Shown here: piece after piece, positions 62,058-64,000 of the stretch | How positions within the stretch are numbered: the first letter of the stretch is position 1 | Layout of the letters: every line of letters begins with the position of its first letter | Source of the DNA: a virus | Taxonomy: Duplodnaviria; Heunggongvirae; Uroviricota; Caudoviricetes | Virus record (IMG/VR): IMGVR_UViG_2529293038_000017 | Span: 23,342 to 87,341 of that record | Direction: 5' to 3' (one strand) | DNA: 64,000 nucleotides | Notes under the pieces: generated by a model | The model's database searches: none | The model's input: only the letters and a program-made list of their open reading frames with translations | Told to the model about the DNA's origin: nothing | Translations under genes and position numbers: made by a program

Positions 62058-62432
62058 ATGATGACACTAAAACATTTTCTTGACCGCCCATTATGGGCGG
62101 CAGCCGCAGGCTATGACTTTAATTATATGGATTGCATGTCTTATACTGCCAATGCATACGACCATTCGTTCATCCTGCTGTTTAATTCTTTAAGAATATT
62201 GCCGGAAACAGAAGTTGGAGAGCTTCATTTATGGCTATTGGGCTTTATCGCGGCTGTCGTTGGTATTGCTGTATGGCCTTTTATTTTCTGGCTGGTGGCT
62301 GTTGTAGTGTGGTTTAAGTGCAAGACATACCGGAAAAAGTATTTCTTAGGTGATGGAATGACTGATATTGCCAAAATGAACATTGAAGAATGGACTAAGG
62401 AATGTGAAAAGAAATGGCGCAAAAAGAAATGA
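62058..62432 (+). CDS. membrane protein (124 aa)
   Basis: Hydrophobic LLGFIAAVVGIAVWPFIFWLVAVVVWF. Confidence 0.45.
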   Translation: MMTLKHFLDRPLWAAAAGYDFNYMDCMSYTANAYDHSFILLFNSLRILPETEVGELHLWLLGFIAAVVGIAVWPFIFWLVAVVVWFKCKTYRKKYFLGDGMTDIAKMNIEEWTKECEKKWRKKK

Positions 62433-63064
62433 CCAGAATCACTGAAGAGCGCATATCAGAGATTATTTCCCGTATCGAAATGTATGGTCACGGTGCTGGA
62501 TATACGGCAGATGAAGTATTGGAAATAGCCCAGCAGATGCTGGCCTTGAGACAAAAAGAGCAACATGAAAGTAATACGTGTAGATTGAATTTTGAGCATT
62601 GGCTGGAACAGCAACGCGGAAAAATCGATGTGGACTGTGGTTGTGTGTCCACTGAAACATTCATGCACTGGCTGTGGGTAGCTTACGAGGCTGGCAACTA
62701 TCCGGATATTCCGGATAGTTCGGTGCCAGCGCCAGGAAAGGGCGTCACCGGTGAACGTATCCGCATTAAGCCGCATGTTTATCGCGAACTGGTTAACCGT
62801 CTCCACGATACAGCGATCAAGTGTGCTGGCACCCAGCAATTACGAGAAAGAATTAGCCGTGTTTTGGGCGACGTTATTACACCAGATCATCATAAACAAG
62901 CCGAGAAAAGTGACCTGGAAAGGTGTCACCTTGAGGCGGCATTAAACATTAAGCCGGGGCATACGCTTGGCATTATTGATGCACTATTGGTTCATAAGAT
63001 GGCCAGGGCTTTATTGCCGCTGGTGGCTGAAAAGCATGAGGTGGACCATGCCAACGAAAGCTGA
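62414..63064 (+). CDS. hypothetical protein (216 aa)
   Basis: ORF in operon. Confidence 0.45.
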   Translation: MAQKEMTRITEERISEIISRIEMYGHGAGYTADEVLEIAQQMLALRQKEQHESNTCRLNFEHWLEQQRGKIDVDCGCVSTETFMHWLWVAYEAGNYPDIPDSSVPAPGKGVTGERIRIKPHVYRELVNRLHDTAIKCAGTQQLRERISRVLGDVITPDHHKQAEKSDLERCHLEAALNIKPGHTLGIIDALLVHKMARALLPLVAEKHEVDHANES

Positions 63065-63332
63065 ATTACAGGTGCGCGTAGATGAGCTGAAAAAGAGAAC
63101 GCGAGCCTCAAAAAAAATGCTGTCGCGGGCGGAAAGGGAATTATCAGGCAAATTATTGCCAGAAGAACTGCCGCCAGCAGATATACCAGATCGAGTGTCC
63201 CAGTGGATGAAGTCTTTTGGTTTACCGTGGGAGGCTTTTTGGTGCTACGACCATCGCAGATGGTGTGATGAACTTGATAGCAATTTTCCCTACTTTGCGG
63301 AAGGGAACACCTGCCCTCAATGCAGGGGATAG
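63048..63332 (+). CDS. hypothetical protein with C-terminal CPQC (start set to 63048)
   Basis: Internal ATG with GAGGTGG upstream; track start 62967. Confidence 0.35.
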   Translation: MPTKAELQVRVDELKKRTRASKKMLSRAERELSGKLLPEELPPADIPDRVSQWMKSFGLPWEAFWCYDHRRWCDELDSNFPYFAEGNTCPQCRG

Positions 63333-63667
63333 CATTTGACGAAATCGATCACCCTATCCTGAACTTCAGATAGAAGGTCTTTTTCACGCGCCAGGACGTC
63401 AGGATATTGACGTTCTGGCCTTACCAGATGCCGGAGCTTCCCATTAAGCAGAATGGCCTCAGAAAACACTTTTACGCTGTGCTTTATCCCCTCTGTTTCA
63501 CTTTTCAGCGTCAAAATAAAGCGCAATTGCTTATTAGCCTGATTCGGATTCAATACACGAATTTGCAGTTCGTCTATGCTGTTTCGCAATGGGATTGATG
63601 CCACCACACTGGTGCAGTCTCTGATTGTCTGAATTGAACGGCTAACATTGAGAACGTTATTGTGCAT
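63317..63667 (-). CDS. hypothetical protein, lone reverse-strand gene (116 aa)
   Basis: Convergent with upstream operon, divergent from hot with only 32-bp spacer. Confidence 0.45.
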   Translation of the reverse strand: MHNNVLNVSRSIQTIRDCTSVVASIPLRNSIDELQIRVLNPNQANKQLRFILTLKSETEGIKHSVKVFSEAILLNGKLRHLVRPERQYPDVLAREKDLLSEVQDRVIDFVKCYPLH

Positions 63668-63699
63668 GTGCCTGATCCACTAACTCCTGGAGGTTTCTT

Positions 63700-63978
63700 G
63701 TGTCAGATCGAAATATAGCAGCTAAAAGCCAGGAAGAGCGAGACAAGGTGAACGTAGACCTTGCCGCCAGCGGCGTTGCTTACAGAGAACGGCTGAATAT
63801 ACCTGTGATTGCAGAGCAGGTGGCCCGTGAGCAACCGGAAAACCTGCGCGCCTATTTCATGGAACGGCTACGGCACTACCGGCAGTTAAGCCTCCAGTTG
63901 CCAAAAGGGGGCGATCCGGTGTATCAGAACGAGGATGCACCAAAAAATAACGGCAAGATGGGGGAGAAATGTGATTAG
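63700..63978 (+). CDS. hot: homologue of DNA polymerase III theta subunit (HolE-like)
   Basis: DKVNVDLAASGVAYRERLNIPVIAEQVAREQPENLRAYFMERL matches recalled E. coli theta; GTG start after GGAGG. Confidence 0.8.
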   Translation: MSDRNIAAKSQEERDKVNVDLAASGVAYRERLNIPVIAEQVAREQPENLRAYFMERLRHYRQLSLQLPKGGDPVYQNEDAPKNNGKMGEKCD

Positions 63979-64000
63979 CCCCAGCGTGGCGCGCCTACAA

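Noticed and set aside
63600-63700. LexA box upstream of hot
   Set aside because: No CTGT-N8-ACAG motif found in the short spacer.

Overview
This window is about 64 kb of a P1-like temperate myovirus/phage-plasmid, syntenic with roughly two thirds of the P1 genome (from the dar/lysis block to hot). All identifications come from manual reading and recall of family signatures; no database search was run. The ORF track uses ATG/GTG/TTG starts and reports longest frames, so I re-set several starts on RBS evidence and added features below its 60-aa cutoff.

Anchors read directly from the sequence:
- P1-type plasmid maintenance: parS, parB, parA, nine incA iterons, repA, and oriR with five incC iterons, a GATC cluster and tandem DnaA boxes.
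- Cin serine invertase with a compact invertible tail-fibre segment.
- Tail, baseplate and Sit (transglycosylase) genes, and a Sim-like secreted protein.
- immI-like icd-ant and kilA-repL-like operons behind C1-type operators; eight operator sites in total, but no c1 repressor gene in the window.
- hrdC (RdgC homologue) and dmt (fused C5 + Dam-like methyltransferase).
- tRNA-Asn, tRNA-Thr and tRNA-Ile(CAU), and ban (DnaB-like helicase).
- An IS21-family (IS100-like) insertion with a 5-bp target duplication.
- A block of small early genes including a lambda-type Ser/Thr phosphatase, VRR-NUC and PD-(D/E)xK-like nucleases, and Ead-like/DUF551-like paralogues.

Features not explained by the ORF track, in rough order of interest:
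1. A roughly 1.2-kb tRNA-linked array of five or more structured repeats with conserved termini and co-varying stems, with no credible ORF.
2. The sit gene is split exactly at an A6 tract from a 219-codon upstream frame (-1 register).
3. A hok/mok-type type I toxin locus, missed because Hok is 51 aa.
4. An about 18-aa motif shared, at protein and DNA level, between Sim and Sit.
5. A stop-riddled second invertase remnant beside cin.
6. A two-cassette tail-fibre switch with only one chaperone gene.

No CRISPR array, reverse transcriptase or canonical restriction-modification pair was seen.
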